A stretch of 56,879 nucleotides of DNA from Chiloscyllium plagiosum (lineage: Eukaryota): the NCBI RefSeq assembly GCF_004010195.1, contig NC_057750.1, positions 20,065,159 to 20,122,037 of the forward strand, written 5' to 3'. The notes under the pieces were generated by a model. It was not told the DNA's origin. It saw nothing but the letters and a program-made list of their open reading frames with translations, and did not search any database. The position numbers and the translations under genes were made by a program. This document shows, piece by piece, positions 13,045-26,494 of this stretch. Position 1 is the first letter of the stretch, and every line of letters begins with the position of its first letter.

Positions 13045-15320
13045 TGGGAGGCAGATTTTGGAAAGGTGCTGAAGTAACAGGGTTATTGTCATGGGTGACC
13101 TCAACATCCCATAATATCGATTGGAACCTCCTTAATGCAAATAGTTTGGATGGAGCAGATTTTGTCAGGTGTGTCCAGGGAGGATTCCTGACTCAATGTG
13201 TGAATAGGCTGACTAGAAGGGGGGCCATATTGGTTTAGGTGCTTGGCAATGAACCAGGTCAGGTGTCAGATCTCTCGATGGGAGACCATTTCGGTGATAG
13301 TGATCACAACTTCCTGACCTTTGCTATAGTCATGGAGAGGGATAGGAGCAGACAATATGGGAAAGTATTTAATTGAGGGATGGGGAATTACAATGCTATT
13401 AGGCAGGAACTATGGAGCATAAATTGGGAGCAGATAATTTCAGGGAAATGCACAACCGAAAACTGAGCTTGTTTGGGGAGCACTTGTGAGTGCTTGATAG
13501 ATTTATCCCAATGAGGCAAGGAAGGGATAGTAGGGTGAAGGAACCTTGAATGACAAGAGATTTATAACATCTAGTCAAGAGGAAGAAGGAAACTTAAGGT
13601 TGTGGAAGCAAGGACCAGACAGGGCTCCAGAGAGTGACAAGGTAGCCAGGAAAGACTTAGGAGAGCTAGAAAGGGGCCATGAAAAAGCCTTAGCAGGTTG
13701 GATTAAGAAAAACCCAAAGGCATTCTACACTTATGTGAGGAACAAGAGGATGGCCAGAATGACAGTATGGCTGATCAGGCATAGTGGAGGAAACTTGTGC
13801 CTGGAGTTGGAGGAGGTGAGGAGGTCCTTTAATGAACACTTTGCTTCAGTATTCACTACTGAGAGGGACCTTGACGTTTGTGAGGACAGCGTGAAACAGG
13901 CTGATATGCTCAAACAGGTTGATGTTAAGAAGGAGGATGTGTGGGAAATTTTGAAAAACATGGGGATAGATAAGTCCCCTGTGCCAGAAAAATATACCCA
14001 AGGTTTATATGGGAAGCTGCACCTTTGGCTATGATTTTTGTGTCCTCATTGTCCACTGGAGTAGTACAAGATGATTGGAGGGTGGCAAATGTTATTCCCT
14101 TGGTCAAAAAAAGGAATAGATTTAATCGTGGGAATTACAGACCAGCCAGTCTTATGGCGGTGGAGGGTGAATTATTGGAGGGGATTCTGAGGGGCAGGAT
14201 TTATGATTATTTGGAAAAGCATACCTTGCTTAGAAATAATCAGCATGACTTTGTGAGGGGCAGGTCATCCCTCACAAGCCTTATTGAATTCTTTGTAGAT
14301 ATGACAAAACACATTGATGTAGGTTGAGCAGTGGATGTGGTGTACATGGATTTTAGCAAGGCATTTTATAAGGTTCCCCATGATAGGCTGATTCAGAAAG
14401 TAAAGAGGCATGGGATACAGGGTAATTGGCTGTCTGGATGCAGAATTGTCTGGCCCGTAGAAGACAAAGAGTGTGGTAGATGGAAAGTATTCAGCCTTGA
14501 GCTCCGTGACCAGTGACGTTCCACAGGGATCTGTTCTGGGAACTCTGTTCTTTGTGATGTTTATAAATGACTTGTATGAGGAAGCAGAAGGGTGGGTTCG
14601 TAAGTTTGCCGATGACTCGGAGGTTAGTGAAGTTGTGGATAGTGTGGAGGGCTGTCGTAATTTGCAACAGGACATTGACAGGATGCAGAGCTGGTCTGAG
14701 AAGTGGCAGATGGCGTTCAGCCTGGAAAAGGATGAAGTGATTAATATTGGAAGGTCAAATTTGAATTCAGATTACAGGGTTAAAGACAGGACTCTTGGTA
14801 GTATGAAAGAACAGAGGGATCTTGGGGTCCATATCCATAGATCCCTCGAAGTTGCCACCCAAGTTGATAGGGTTGTTGAGAAGGTGTATGGCGTGTTGGC
14901 TTTCATTAGCAGGGACATTGGATTTAAGAGCCGCAAGGTTATGCTACAGCTCTATAAAGCACACTTGGACTATTGTGTTCGATTCTGGTTGCCTCATTAT
15001 AGGAAGGATGTGGAAGCTGTAGAGAGGGTGCAGAAAAGATTTATCAGGATGTGAGGGCATGTCTTATAGGGATGAGTGGTGACTTGATAAAGGTGTACAA
15101 GATGATGGGAGGCATAGAGTGGATAGCCAGGGACTTTTTGCCAGGGCAGTAATGGCTGTCACGGGAGGGCATAATTTTAAGGTGATTGGAGGGAGGTTTA
15201 GGGGAGATGTCAGAGGTAGGTTCCTTACACAGAGAGTGGTGGATGCATGGAATGCACTGCCAGCAGTGGTCGTACAGTCAGCGACATTAAGGACATTTAC
15301 GTCACTCTTGGATAGACTTT
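13045..15320 (+). mobile_element. CR1-type LINE ORF2, degenerate
   Basis: ORFs 13546, 14025 and 14473: [49 protein letters not shown]. Confidence 0.9.
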
Positions 15321-15384
15321 CTCTACCCCTTCATAACGTTGTAGACTTCTATCAGGTCTCCCTTCAGCATAAGCATTCATGTCT

Positions 15385-17115
15385 GAGAGTCATAGAGATG
15401 TACAGCACAGAAACAGACCCTTCGGCCCAACCCATCCATGCCGACAAGATATCTCAATCCAATCTAGTCCCACCTGCCAGCACCCGGCCCATATCCCTCC
15501 AAACCCTTCCTATTCATATACCCATCCAAATGCATCTTAAATTTACAATTGTACCAGCCTCCACCACATCCTCTGGCAGCTCATTCCATACACGTACCAC
15601 CCTCTGGGTGAAAATGTTGCCCCTTAGGTCTCTTTTATATCTTTCCCCTCTCACCCTAAACCTATGCCCCTCTAGTTCTGGACTCCCCCACCCAGGGAAT
15701 AGACTTTGCCTATTTACCCTATCCATGCCCCTCATGGTTTTATCGTGCCCCTCTGACCCTAAACCTATGCCCTCTAGTTCTGGACTCTGCGACCCCAGGG
15801 AATAGACTTTGTCTATTTATCCTATCCATGCCCCTTACATGATCTTATCAACCTTGATAAGGTCACCCCTCAGCGTCTGACGCTCCAAGGAGAACATCTC
15901 CAGTCTATTCAACTTCTCCCTGTAGCTCAAATCCTCCCAGCCTGGCAACATGCTTGTAAATTTAGGGTGTAGGTTTGCTCACTGAGCTGTAGGTTTGATA
16001 TCCTGACGTTTCATTACCTGGCTAGGTAACATCATCAGTGGCGACCTCCAGGTTACTTGGTTACTTAAGTGAATAAGTCCTGCTAAGATTTGCTTCCCAA
16101 AATGCAGCACATTGCATTTATCTAAATTAAACTCCATCTGCCACCTCTCAGCCCATTGACCCATCAGATAAAGATCCCGTTGTCATCTGAGGTAACCTTC
16201 TTCGTGGTCCACCACATCTCCTATTTTGGTGTCATCAGCAAACTTGCTAACTATACCTCTTATGCTCGCATCCAAATCATTTATATAAATGATGAAAAGT
16301 AGAGGACCCAGCACCGATCCTTGTGGCACTCCACTGGTCATAGGCCTCCACCACCACCCTCTATCTTCTACCTGTGAGCTGGTTCTGTATTCAAATATGG
16401 AGTTCTCCCTGTATTCCATGAGATCTAACCTTGCTCACCATGCTCCCATGGGGAACCTTGTCGAACGCCTTACTGAAGTCCACAAAGATCACATCTACCG
16501 CTATGCCCTTGTCAATTCTCTTTGTTACTTCTTCAAAAAACTCAAACAAGTTTGTGAGACATGATTTCCCATGCACAAAGCCAAGTTGACTATCCCTAAT
16601 CAGTCCTTGCCTTTCCAAATACATGTACATCCTGTCCCTCAGGATTCCCTCCAACAACTTGCCCACCACTGAGGTCAGGCTCACCAGTCTATAGTTCCCT
16701 GGCCTGTCTTTACCGCCCTTCTTAAACAGTGGCACCACGTTAGCCAACCTCCAGTCTTCCGGCACCTCACCTGTGACTGTTGATGATCTAAATATCTCAA
16801 TAAGAGGCCCAGCAATCACTTCCCTAGCTTCCCACAGAGTTCTAGGGTACACCTGATCAGGTCCTGGGGTTTTATCCACTTTTATATGTTTCAAGACATC
16901 CAGCACTTCCTCCTCTGTAATATGGACATTTTTCAAGATGTCACCATCTATTTCCTGACATTTTTATCTTCCCTGTCCTTTTCCACAGTAAATACTGATG
17001 CAAAATACTCGTTTACTTTCTGCGCCATCTCCTGCGGTTCCACACAAAGGCTGCCTTACTGATCTTTGAGGGGCCATAATTCTCTCCCTAGTCACCCTTT
17101 TGTCCTTAATGTATT
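15385..17115 (-). mobile_element. CR1-type LINE ORF2 3' part
   Basis: ORF 16391..16936: DKTPGPDQVYPR, NYRLVSLTSVVGKLLE, DFSKAFDKVPH; ORF 16183..16419: [17 protein letters not shown]. Confidence 0.9.
16005..16038 (-). ncRNA. Minimal hammerhead ribozyme core in a Penelope pLTR fragment (15962-16050)
   Basis: Minus strand CTGATGA-t-GTTACCT-agcc-AGGTAAT-GAAAC-GTC: both catalytic boxes, paired stem II and a GUC triplet. Confidence 0.65.
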
Positions 17116-17408
17116 TGTGTTGTTCAAGTTAAATCCTGCACTGTCACCAGCAACACTCTCAGGACAGGGACTATATGGGGTTAGATACACGGTAAAGCTC
17201 CTTTTACTGTATCCTCATCAAACATGTCCAGGGAAGGGACAGAACGGGGATAGGGACTCAATAATTCTCCCATTCCCTCACTGGTCAGGTAAAGCATTGA
17301 GTTTGATACAGAGTAAAGCTTCTTGATGATATTGCAATCAAAAAATTTAACAGCCGGTATAATCTGATGAGAGATGTTGATATAAGTTACTCCTTACTCT
17401 CCCCACCT

Positions 17409-17410
<2 letters not shown>

Positions 17411-17445
<35 letters not shown>

Positions 17446-17480
17446 ACTCTCATGCACTCTCTCTCTCTCACACACACACA
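17411..17480. repeat. (CA)n/(CT)n microsatellite
   Basis: Direct reading. Confidence 0.9.
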
Positions 17481-20426
17481 CTCGCACACATACACTGACA
17501 AAGACACACATGCGCACACACAGAGACAGACACATAACAAAAATGGAAGAACTCCACAAATTCAACACCAAGGCTTTTGTTTGATTCTGTCTGTTCTGTT
17601 CTGATTCCCCGTGAGATTGCTGGTTTTGAACATCCACATGGACAGTCATCCTCAACCCATGTGCCATGTCCTGCTCCCAAACACAACGTCTGAGGGCAAT
17701 CCGTAGTGTGAAACAGGAGCCTCTCCGTGTCGGAGGGAGGTGAGTCTTGAGCTTGACCCCGGTGTGTGAATGTCCTGTGTTCATCTGACATCCAGGGGTT
17801 CTTTAATGGAGCTTTAATATTTGAAAATGCTCATATATTTGGTTATTCCATGTGTGTGTGTGTGTATACATGCATACTACCAGGGTCTTGCATTATTGCG
17901 TCAAATATGACTTTACTCCATGCTGATTTAAATATTCAATATATCCCAGATCCTTGTTCACAAATCACAGAAAGTAAGTGTGATGGTGTCACCAAATTTG
18001 GAAAGTGCTTTTGAGACATCTTCCCCTCTCCTGTGCTGACAGAATTCCAGATCCATAACGGAAGACTTCTTAGTTCCTGCGCCCACCCCCTCCCCCATGT
18101 TAATATTGTACCATTTTGTCTGTATTGTTCCTCCTCAGTCTAACATCCAAACACCATGGCTTCCCATCTCACTGTATTCCATTTGCAGGAGGTTGAGGGA
18201 TGATCCTGTTCAAACTGCAAGGGTCTGTTTTAATCTGCAAAGCTCCAACAAATGATTCCGAAGGTGTCAGCCAAATTAGATATGTTCATGGCAGCCATTT
18301 CACATTAGCCTAGCACTGATATTGACTTAACAAATAGGGAGAGATCAGAAAGAGTAGGAAATTGGGGAGTGCATGTATATCTGAGTGTAGTATAGATTCA
18401 CCAGAATGATAGCTGGACAGCAATGGGTCACTGGGGAGGGAGGGAAATGACCCAAACCCAGGGGTGTGTCCCTAGGATTTAGAAGGGTCAGAGGGAATGA
18501 AAGTTTTGATAGCTGGACAGCAATGGGTCACTGGGGAGGCCCTTCTAAATCCTAGGGACACAAACCCACGGTTGTGTCCCTAGGATTTAGAAGGGTCAGA
18601 GGGAATGAAAGTTTTTGAGACAATAATGAAAACTGCTGGGATAGATAGAGAGAAAGGTTTCTTGCTGCTTTTGGGTCTTGGATTAGAATCATTGTTTAAA
18701 ACTCGAACAAAACTCTGAAACCGTTTCAAGATTGAAACGAAGGAACAAGCCTCCCATTTATCTGTGTGATATTGCACAGACTATGGGAAAGAGAGGACTG
18801 CAGATGCTGGAGATTAGAGTTAAGAGTATGGTGCTGGAAAAGCACAGCAGGTCATGTAACATCCGAGGAGCAGGAGAATCGATGGTTCAGGCAATAGCCC
18901 TTCGTCAGGAATGCACAGACTATGTTTTACACGCTTACTCACTGAACCTATTCAACCCTCTTCCCAGCCTTTCTGTGTCCTCCTTGCATTTTACTCTCCC
19001 ACATCACTTTGTGTTATCAGCAAACGGAACACAGGAGCCCATCATCTCAGTTATTCCACGAGACTGTGTCTAGTGCTGTATTGGTAACAGAGAATGATTC
19101 ACTCCTATCTGCTGCTGTACAGCTCGTGTCTATCTCAGAATCAGCTCTGAAACATTTCCAGGACCCTCCGATCCTGTCTCTGAGTGTCTCTGGCTCTGTA
19201 TCTGAGTCTGTAACTCTCTCGCTCTGTCTCTGAAATTAGCTTCCCCATTCCCTCAATCACACTGAGGATATTGCAAAACTGCTCCATTCCCTGTAACCCA
19301 GTTTGAGATTAGATTGAAGACATGGACTGTGTTTTATAAATGTCCATCCCTCAGTTACCTTGTGGGTTTGCAGTGTCAGGCTATGATTTGAGTTAAATCC
19401 AAGCCAGGCCTCTTCCTCCAAGGACTTTGGGTGACCGTTTTGCTCTTTATGACAAACAGAAATCCCTCACCCCTAACATGCCTATTTCCCTGGAATTCTG
19501 TGTTTCATATTAATTGGCCAACAGCAGGAAGGAAGTTTCTCTGTGAGTGCTTCACTGAAATGACATCAGCATCTCAGCAAAAGTGGACCACTTTTGTACT
19601 CAGACATCTTCCCAACGACAGTAAACAGCATCTGTCTATATCCCCCTAAGGTCTACAACTCCTTCCCTGTTTACTGCATTGCCAATTTGTGCATCAGCTG
19701 CACATTCCGATGATATGTCCTGTTTAATGGAGAGAGATACAGAATAAAGCTCCCTGTACAGTGTCTGCATTAATGACTCCCATGACTGTTAGTTCACGGG
19801 GAGAGCTCTCAATGAAGTCGCAGTCAAATATTTGAAGGACAGACATTCCCCAAGCAGAGACACAGAGTTACACTCACTTTAAACTGTCTCCATCACATAC
19901 CCCCACACACAGGCACACACATATACACACACAATGAGACAGTCCCGAACTCTCGCCCGTGATACAATGGGGTCAATATATCACAGGCTCCATGTTCTTA
20001 AAAGTTACAGAACTCTTTCTCAAATTCAACACCAAGTTCTTTGTTTGATTCTGTCTGTTCTGTTGTCGTTCTGTGCGAGATTCCTGGTTCTGAACATCCA
20101 CATGAACCTACTTCCTGATTCCATGGGCCATGTTCTGCTCCCAAACACGGTGTTGGATATCATTCTGGTGTGTGACACAGGAGTTCCTCAGTGTCACGGG
20201 GAAGGTGAATCTCTCTCAAGTACAAACTCTCTCTGTCTCATGCACAATCTCACTGTTTTTCTCCTGCTCTCTCATTTAAAATCTCACAACTTGTTTCTCC
20301 ATCCCATGTACAATCTCACTATCTCCCTCTCATACATAATGTCAGTATCTCTTCTCTCATTCAAATCTATCTCTCTCTCTCTTTCCATTCCCTCTCCCCA
20401 TCCCCCAATTCCCCCTCCCCTCCCCA

Positions 20427-20752
20427 NNNNNNNNNNNNNNNNNNNNNNNNNNNNNNNNNNNNNNNNNNNNNNNNNNNNNNNNNNNNNNNNNNNNNNNNNN
20501 NNNNNNNNNNNNNNNNNNNNNNNNNNNNNNNNNNNNNNNNNNNNNNNNNNNNNNNNNNNNNNNNNNNNNNNNNNNNNNNNNNNNNNNNNNNNNNNNNNNN
20601 NNNNNNNNNNNNNNNNNNNNNNNNNNNNNNNNNNNNNNNNNNNNNNNNNNNNNNNNNNNNNNNNNNNNNNNNNNNNNNNNNNNNNNNNNNNNNNNNNNNN
20701 NNNNNNNNNNNNNNNNNNNNNNNNNNNNNNNNNNNNNNNNNNNNNNNNNNNN
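20427..20752. other. Assembly gap
   Basis: Run of N. Confidence 1.
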
Positions 20753-21154
20753 CACTCTCCCTCCCCCTCCCCCATTCCCATTTCCACTCTCCCTCCCCCA
20801 TTCCCCCAGCATGACCTCGTGTTTCTGAAACACAAAAAAGCTAACACACTGTCTGTCTTCTTAACAACCACATCAACAGTCTCCAGTTAACCTGGAGAAA
20901 CATTCGAAGTGATCAACTACTCAGTCACTCTTTGTCTGTTCTCTCAAGACTGTCCCTGGAGCCAATCTAGAAACTAAGCTTCTTCTGGAAAGAGGACATC
21001 AAATAGACTCTTGGCCAGCTCTGAGCAGTTCCTATAGAAATTAAATCTTAAAAAAAAAGAAACTAATTGGGAGTTATAAGGTTTCAATCTTGCAACCTCT
21101 AGCAGTGAGAACAGAGAAACCACCTTTATGAGACACACGTGTGTGCAATAAGGT

Positions 21155-21460
21155 GGGGTGGCACGGTGGCTCAGTGGTTAGCGCTGCACCACACAGCACC
21201 ATGGATCCGGGTTCAATTCCCGTCTCGGGCGACTGTGTGGAGTTTGCACATTCTCCCAGTGTCTGTATGGGGTTCCTCAGGGTGCTCTGGTTTCCTCCCA
21301 CAGTCCAACGATGTGCAGGTTAGGGTGGATTGACCATGCTAAATTACCCATAGTATTAGGTGCATTAGTAAATGTATGGTAGGGGAATGGGTCTGGATGG
21401 GTTACTCTTCGGAGAGTCAGTGTGGACTCGTTGGGCCGAATCTAATCTAACCTAATCTAA
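21155..21460 (+). mobile_element. HE1-type tRNA-derived SINE
   Basis: ggcacggtggctcagtggttagc (A box), gggttcaattccc (B box), tgtggagtttgcacattctcc core and (aatct)n-like tail. Confidence 0.85.
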
Positions 21461-22419
21461 TTATTGTCCAAGGGGTTTGGCTGACCTTGTACATAAATGT
21501 CAGAAAATTAACATGATGGTAGTGCCAGCAGATAATGTGTTCCCAGATTTTACACGTTGGACTGTTGTGTGAATTTTAGTTTTGTCCACCCCAGTCCAAC
21601 ACCAGCACCTCCAAGTCATTTATGTTCAATCCTGTTTAAAGACACTGAAACCAACAGACAGACAAAGTTCCATGAAGAGCTTTGTTGAATTGCAGATGAG
21701 CTATTTTCTTTTATTTGTAGGCAACACACTGTTTGAACCCACAGCAGGTCAGTGTGAAATTTGAGAAACACTTGATTTTGGGATGGGGCCGAGCCACACA
21801 CAATTCTCACTGCAACAGATTCTGATCCAAGGCTGCATACCTACAACTCAGTGGCTGAGCTATTTCAGGTTTTGTATATTTGAATCTCTCAGATATTTGG
21901 AGTTTGGAAAGTAAGACATTGTCTCAGGCATTCACTGGAAACAGGTTCTGGCATTTGCATTTGAATCACCTGCACAGAGCAATCTCCATTTCCTACCTCA
22001 GCAAGGATCTATAAATGGCTTTTGACACATTGCCCCCTCTCCCTTACTGACAAATGAATCAAATCAGACATCTTAGCTTTGTTCACAGCCACCATTTTAT
22101 ATTAGCACAGCAGTGACATTAACTTTATAAATAGGGAAAAGCAAGGCAGGCTGGCAACATCCATATGGTTTGAAAATATTAAACCTTGGTCCCACATTAA
22201 CATCTAAATTCTCTGACCCTAAACCTCTGGAAGTGAGGTTCTGTCTTGGAATTTTCTTGCTCTAAATGTGATTCCTGGAAAAACTCTCTCTCTCTCTGAC
22301 GTAAATTTCGATATTTCCATCGTGCGTGTTTGTGGTTCTGAGTATGAGTGAGCATATCTGTGTGAGCGAGAGACTATTCCTGGTGTGTCCAACTTGAGTG
22401 TCAATGATTCCACTCATGT

Positions 22420-22421
<2 letters not shown>

Positions 22422-22471
<50 letters not shown>
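22422..22471. repeat. (CA)n microsatellite
   Basis: Direct reading. Confidence 0.95.
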
Positions 22472-22473
<2 letters not shown>

Positions 22474-22769
22474 CTTAAAGACTGTCTCCATTTCCTATCT
22501 CTGCAAGGGAATTCACATTTTAATGATGCATTCATGCAGGATGGAAAACCGCTTTTGAGACATTCCCCGTTATGACAGTAATTCAGCCCCAGTCTGAAAC
22601 TTGGAAATATGTAACAGAACAGAAACGTACCAGCAGCTTTTTGAGTTCCTGCTTCCAATTTAACATTTGACCATTTAGTTGATCTTGTCTTCAGTCTAAC
22701 ATTCAACATGCATCTCTTCACATCTCACATTATTTCAGTTCTCCTACAATTTCACCAGATTCCCCATGT

Positions 22770-23170
22770 TTACACTATCCCTATTGAAAACTGCAGGGCA
22801 GGTAGAGAATGGTGTTAGATACAGAGTAAAGCTCTAAACTTCAGCATTTTACATTTCCCAGCCGTGTTCAATGTGGGATTGGGTATTGATTAAATCACCC
22901 ACTTCCCCATCCTGTCCCCTTCAAACATACTCAAGACAGCTCCAACACTGGGTTAGAGAGAAAGTATGTGTCCCTTTACACTTTCCCATCTGAATCTCCC
23001 CGAGTCTGGGGAGAATGGGTTTAGATACAGAGTAAAGCTCCCTCTATATTGTGCCCCCATCCAACACTCCCAGGACAGGGCCATCACAGGGTTAGATACA
23101 GAGTGAAATTTATCTATTATTTTAAGTGAAATTAATACTCCCACTCCCCTATCCCCATTAAAAACATTCC
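22770..23170. repeat. Degenerate copies of a ~68-bp dispersed tandem repeat
   Basis: gttagatacagagtaaagctc... unit, the reverse complement of the arrays at 29170, 42490 and 48150. Confidence 0.7.
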
Positions 23171-23729
23171 CCAAGGGCCTTGGAGTACTCCAGAAGGAGT
23201 TGGCATAGCACATCACCAGGTGTAGAAACATCTGTGTTGACTCTTGTAGCATTAAAACAACAACTGGGAATCGTACTATGTCAGATTCTACGGATGTTCC
23301 TTAATGGCGATCAGTTCGGTTTGAGCATCGCACACTCTCGGGCACACAAGTGTCTGGGTTTATATTGAGCTCCGGTTACAACAGAGAAGTGTGCTTCTAC
23401 AGTGTCATACTTGAAGGGGTCTGAGCTGTGATGGAGTAGGAGAGCTGTATTCCCTCAGCTGTGAAGCTGTGGCAACACCACGAGACGCAACAGTCTTGTA
23501 ATTCCTCCCCTCAACTTGTTAAGTTATCCGTCGCCCAGCCAGTGCACACGCTAAACCTGCCTTGTGTAAACTGAATAGCCATGTGTCTCCCTGCAGTAAT
23601 ATCTCAGTGTTTCCTATGGGATATTGTTTGCCCCTCAAGTGTCTCTTGTGCTGACGTCCCGTGCCCATCTCTGTAACGCTGTCTCCTCGTGTCAGTAACG
23701 TTCTGGATCATCTCCAGCAGTGACCGATT

Positions 23730-24412
23730 ATAGAACATAGAATCCCTACAGTGTGGAAGCAGGCCATTCGGCCCAACAAGTCCACACTGACTGTCTAAAG
23801 AGTAAGTCACCCACACCCACCACTCTCCATTTACCTCTGACTAAAGCACCTAACCTACACATCACTGAACACTACGAGTAGTTTAGCATGGTCAATCCAC
23901 CCTAACCTGCACATCCCTGAACACTATGGGGTAATTTAGCATGGGGAGAAAGTGAGGTCTGCAGATGCTGGAGATCAGAGCTGAAAATGTGTTGCTGGAA
24001 AAGCGCAGCAGGTCAGGCAGCATCCAGGGAACAGGAGAATCGACATTTCGGGCATAAGCCCTTCTTCAGGAAGGCCAATCCACCCTAAACTGCAATCCCT
24101 CAACACGAAGGGTAATGCAGCATGGCTAATTCACCCTAACCTGCACATCCCTGGACATCATGGGGTAATTTAGCATGGCCAATCCACCCTAACCTGCACA
24201 TCCCTGGGCACTATGGGTAATTTAGTATTGTCCATCCACCCTAACCTGCACATCTTTGGATTGTGGGAGGAAACAGGAGCACTCGGAGGAAACCCACTCG
24301 CCAGAGGGAGAATGTGCAAACTCCACACAGACAGTCGCCCGAGACTGGAATCGAACCCGGGTTCCTGGCGCCGTGAGACAGCAGTGCTAACCATTGAGTT
24401 ACTGTGCCATCT
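23730..24412 (-). mobile_element. HE1-type SINE with internal ~52-bp tandem repeats and a nested Penelope-derived insert (23945-24070)
   Basis: Repeated accctaacctgcacatccct...gtaatttagcatggccaatcc; tRNA-like head at ~24340-24410. Confidence 0.85.
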
Positions 24413-25359
24413 TAGTGGAGCTCTTCACCCTGGCTCTGGCCAACATGGAGCAAACCCACTTTGAGAGTGGCTTCACTGGGTCCCACAGCACCAATGTGTT
24501 TGGATCACTGTACCCGCATCCACCACTTCATCATTCCACACGCAATCCGCCCTCTGTGTAAATAATTTGTCCCTCGTGTCTTTTTCAAATCTCAACTTAA
24601 AACTGTGCCCCCTTGTCTGGAAACACCCCAACCTCGGGAAAAGGCAATTACCATTAATTACCATAAAATGGTGGTTTTAACTGCGTAGTTATAAGTATTC
24701 CTCAGTGGCAGAATTTTGTGTTTATTTAATCTGTACTGAAACTGTGTGGAAATACAGCAACAGCTGGACAATATACAGGTTGGGGCTAGCAAGGGGCAAG
24801 TAACATTGATGCCACACGAGTGCCAGGCCAGGACCAGCTCCAAAAAGGGAGAGTCTAATGGTTGCTGTCTGACAATAAAGATTCAGACTCAGTCAGATGC
24901 TGGGGACGTGATGTCTGTGGTCATGTGGTGCATTGACCATGTTGGATACAACATGGGGTTGTTGATAGCTGCTACATGGTCACATGTGCTCAGTTTCCAG
25001 GGAACGTTAGGTACAAGATGCCATTGTTCAGACAGGGATGGTCTACAGGCTACAGGTACCATCGAGTCTATTAATGAATACTGGCAGGAGGGAGAGAAGA
25101 CACAGAGGTCTCAGACAGGAGACTGCATTGAAATATCCTGCCAAATAATGTGGACTTGATCAGATTGGGCAGAACCCCAATGCCATTAAAGATTCAGAAC
25201 CAATGACCAGGAACATCAACAGGATGTCAGAAATAATTCCAGACATGAAGATCTTCAGTGATGTGGATCAACTGTAGAGCTTGGGAATGTCTTCCTTGGA
25301 GGAAAAGGTTCCAAAGAGATTTGACCGGGGTGTTGGAAACCATGAGGGTAGAGACAGTG

Positions 25360-26480
25360 AGGTGAGAGTGATATCCCTTGACATGATTCGACCGAGTGTG
25401 GCATCATGAAGCTCTGGCAAGACTGGAATCAATGGGTATGGGGGGGAGGGGCAAACTCTCCACTGGTTGAGGTCAGACCTGGCACAGGGCAAGATGGTCA
25501 TGGTTGGTGGAGGGTCAGTCATCTCAGCTCCAGGACATCTCTGCAGGAGTCCCTCAGGGTAGCGTCCTAGGCCCCAACCATCTTCATCTGCTTCATCAAT
25601 GACCTTCCCTCCATCAAAAGGTCTGAAGTGGGGATGTTCACTGATAATTGCAGTCTTCAGCGATTCCTCAGATACTGAATCAGTCCGTGTTCAAATGTAA
25701 CAATACCTGGACAATATCCAGGCTTGTGCTGACAAGTGGCAGGTAACACCTGTGCCACACAAATGCCAGGCTATGACCATCTCTAATAAGAGACATTCCA
25801 ACCATTAATACCACGACCATCACTGAATCCCCCACGATCAACATCCTGGGGTTACCATTGACCAAAAACACACTGGATTTGAGAGATATATCAGTGCAGA
25901 GGCCACAAGAGCAGGCCAGAGGCTGGGAATACTGTAGCCAGTAATTCACCTCCTGACTCCCCAAAACCTGTCCACCATCTACAAGGCACAGGTCAGGAGT
26001 ATGATGGAATACTCCCCACTTACCCTGGATGGGGGCAGTTCCAGCAACACTCCAGAAGATCGACACCATCTAGGACAAAGCAGCCCCTGCTTGATTGGTA
26101 CCATATCCACAAACATCCCCACCCTCCCCCACCGATGCTCAGTAGCAGCAGTGTGTACCATCTGCAGAAATTCCCCAAAGATCCTCAGGCAGCACCTTCC
26201 AAATCTACACCCACTTCCATCCAGAAGGATGAGGGGCAGCAGATACATGGGAACACCCCCCCCCCCCTGCAAGTTCCCCTCCGAGCCACTCCCCATCCTG
26301 ACTCGGAAATATATCACCGTTCCTTCAGTGTGGCTGGGTCAGAATCTTGGAATCCCCTCCCTCAAGGGCATTGTGGGTCTACCCACAACACATGGATTGT
26401 AGCGGATCAAGAAATCAACTCACTCCCACCTTCTCAAGGGGGCAACTAGGGACGGGGCTATAAATGTGGATCGGCTAGTG
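25360..26480 (+). mobile_element. Second CR1/L2-clade LINE family, RT fragment
   Basis: [37 protein letters not shown] motifs. Confidence 0.8.
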
Positions 26481-26494
26481 ATGCCCACCATACA

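Noticed and set aside
19000..19235. Ser/Thr-rich minus-strand exon candidate
   Set aside because: Weak acceptor, low complexity and no family motif
19934..20890. Long ORFs spanning N runs (also 34621-35072 and 49263-50154)
   Set aside because: Artefacts of translating through assembly gaps
21155..21230. tRNA genes
   Set aside because: The tRNA-like A/B boxes are SINE heads followed by SINE body sequence
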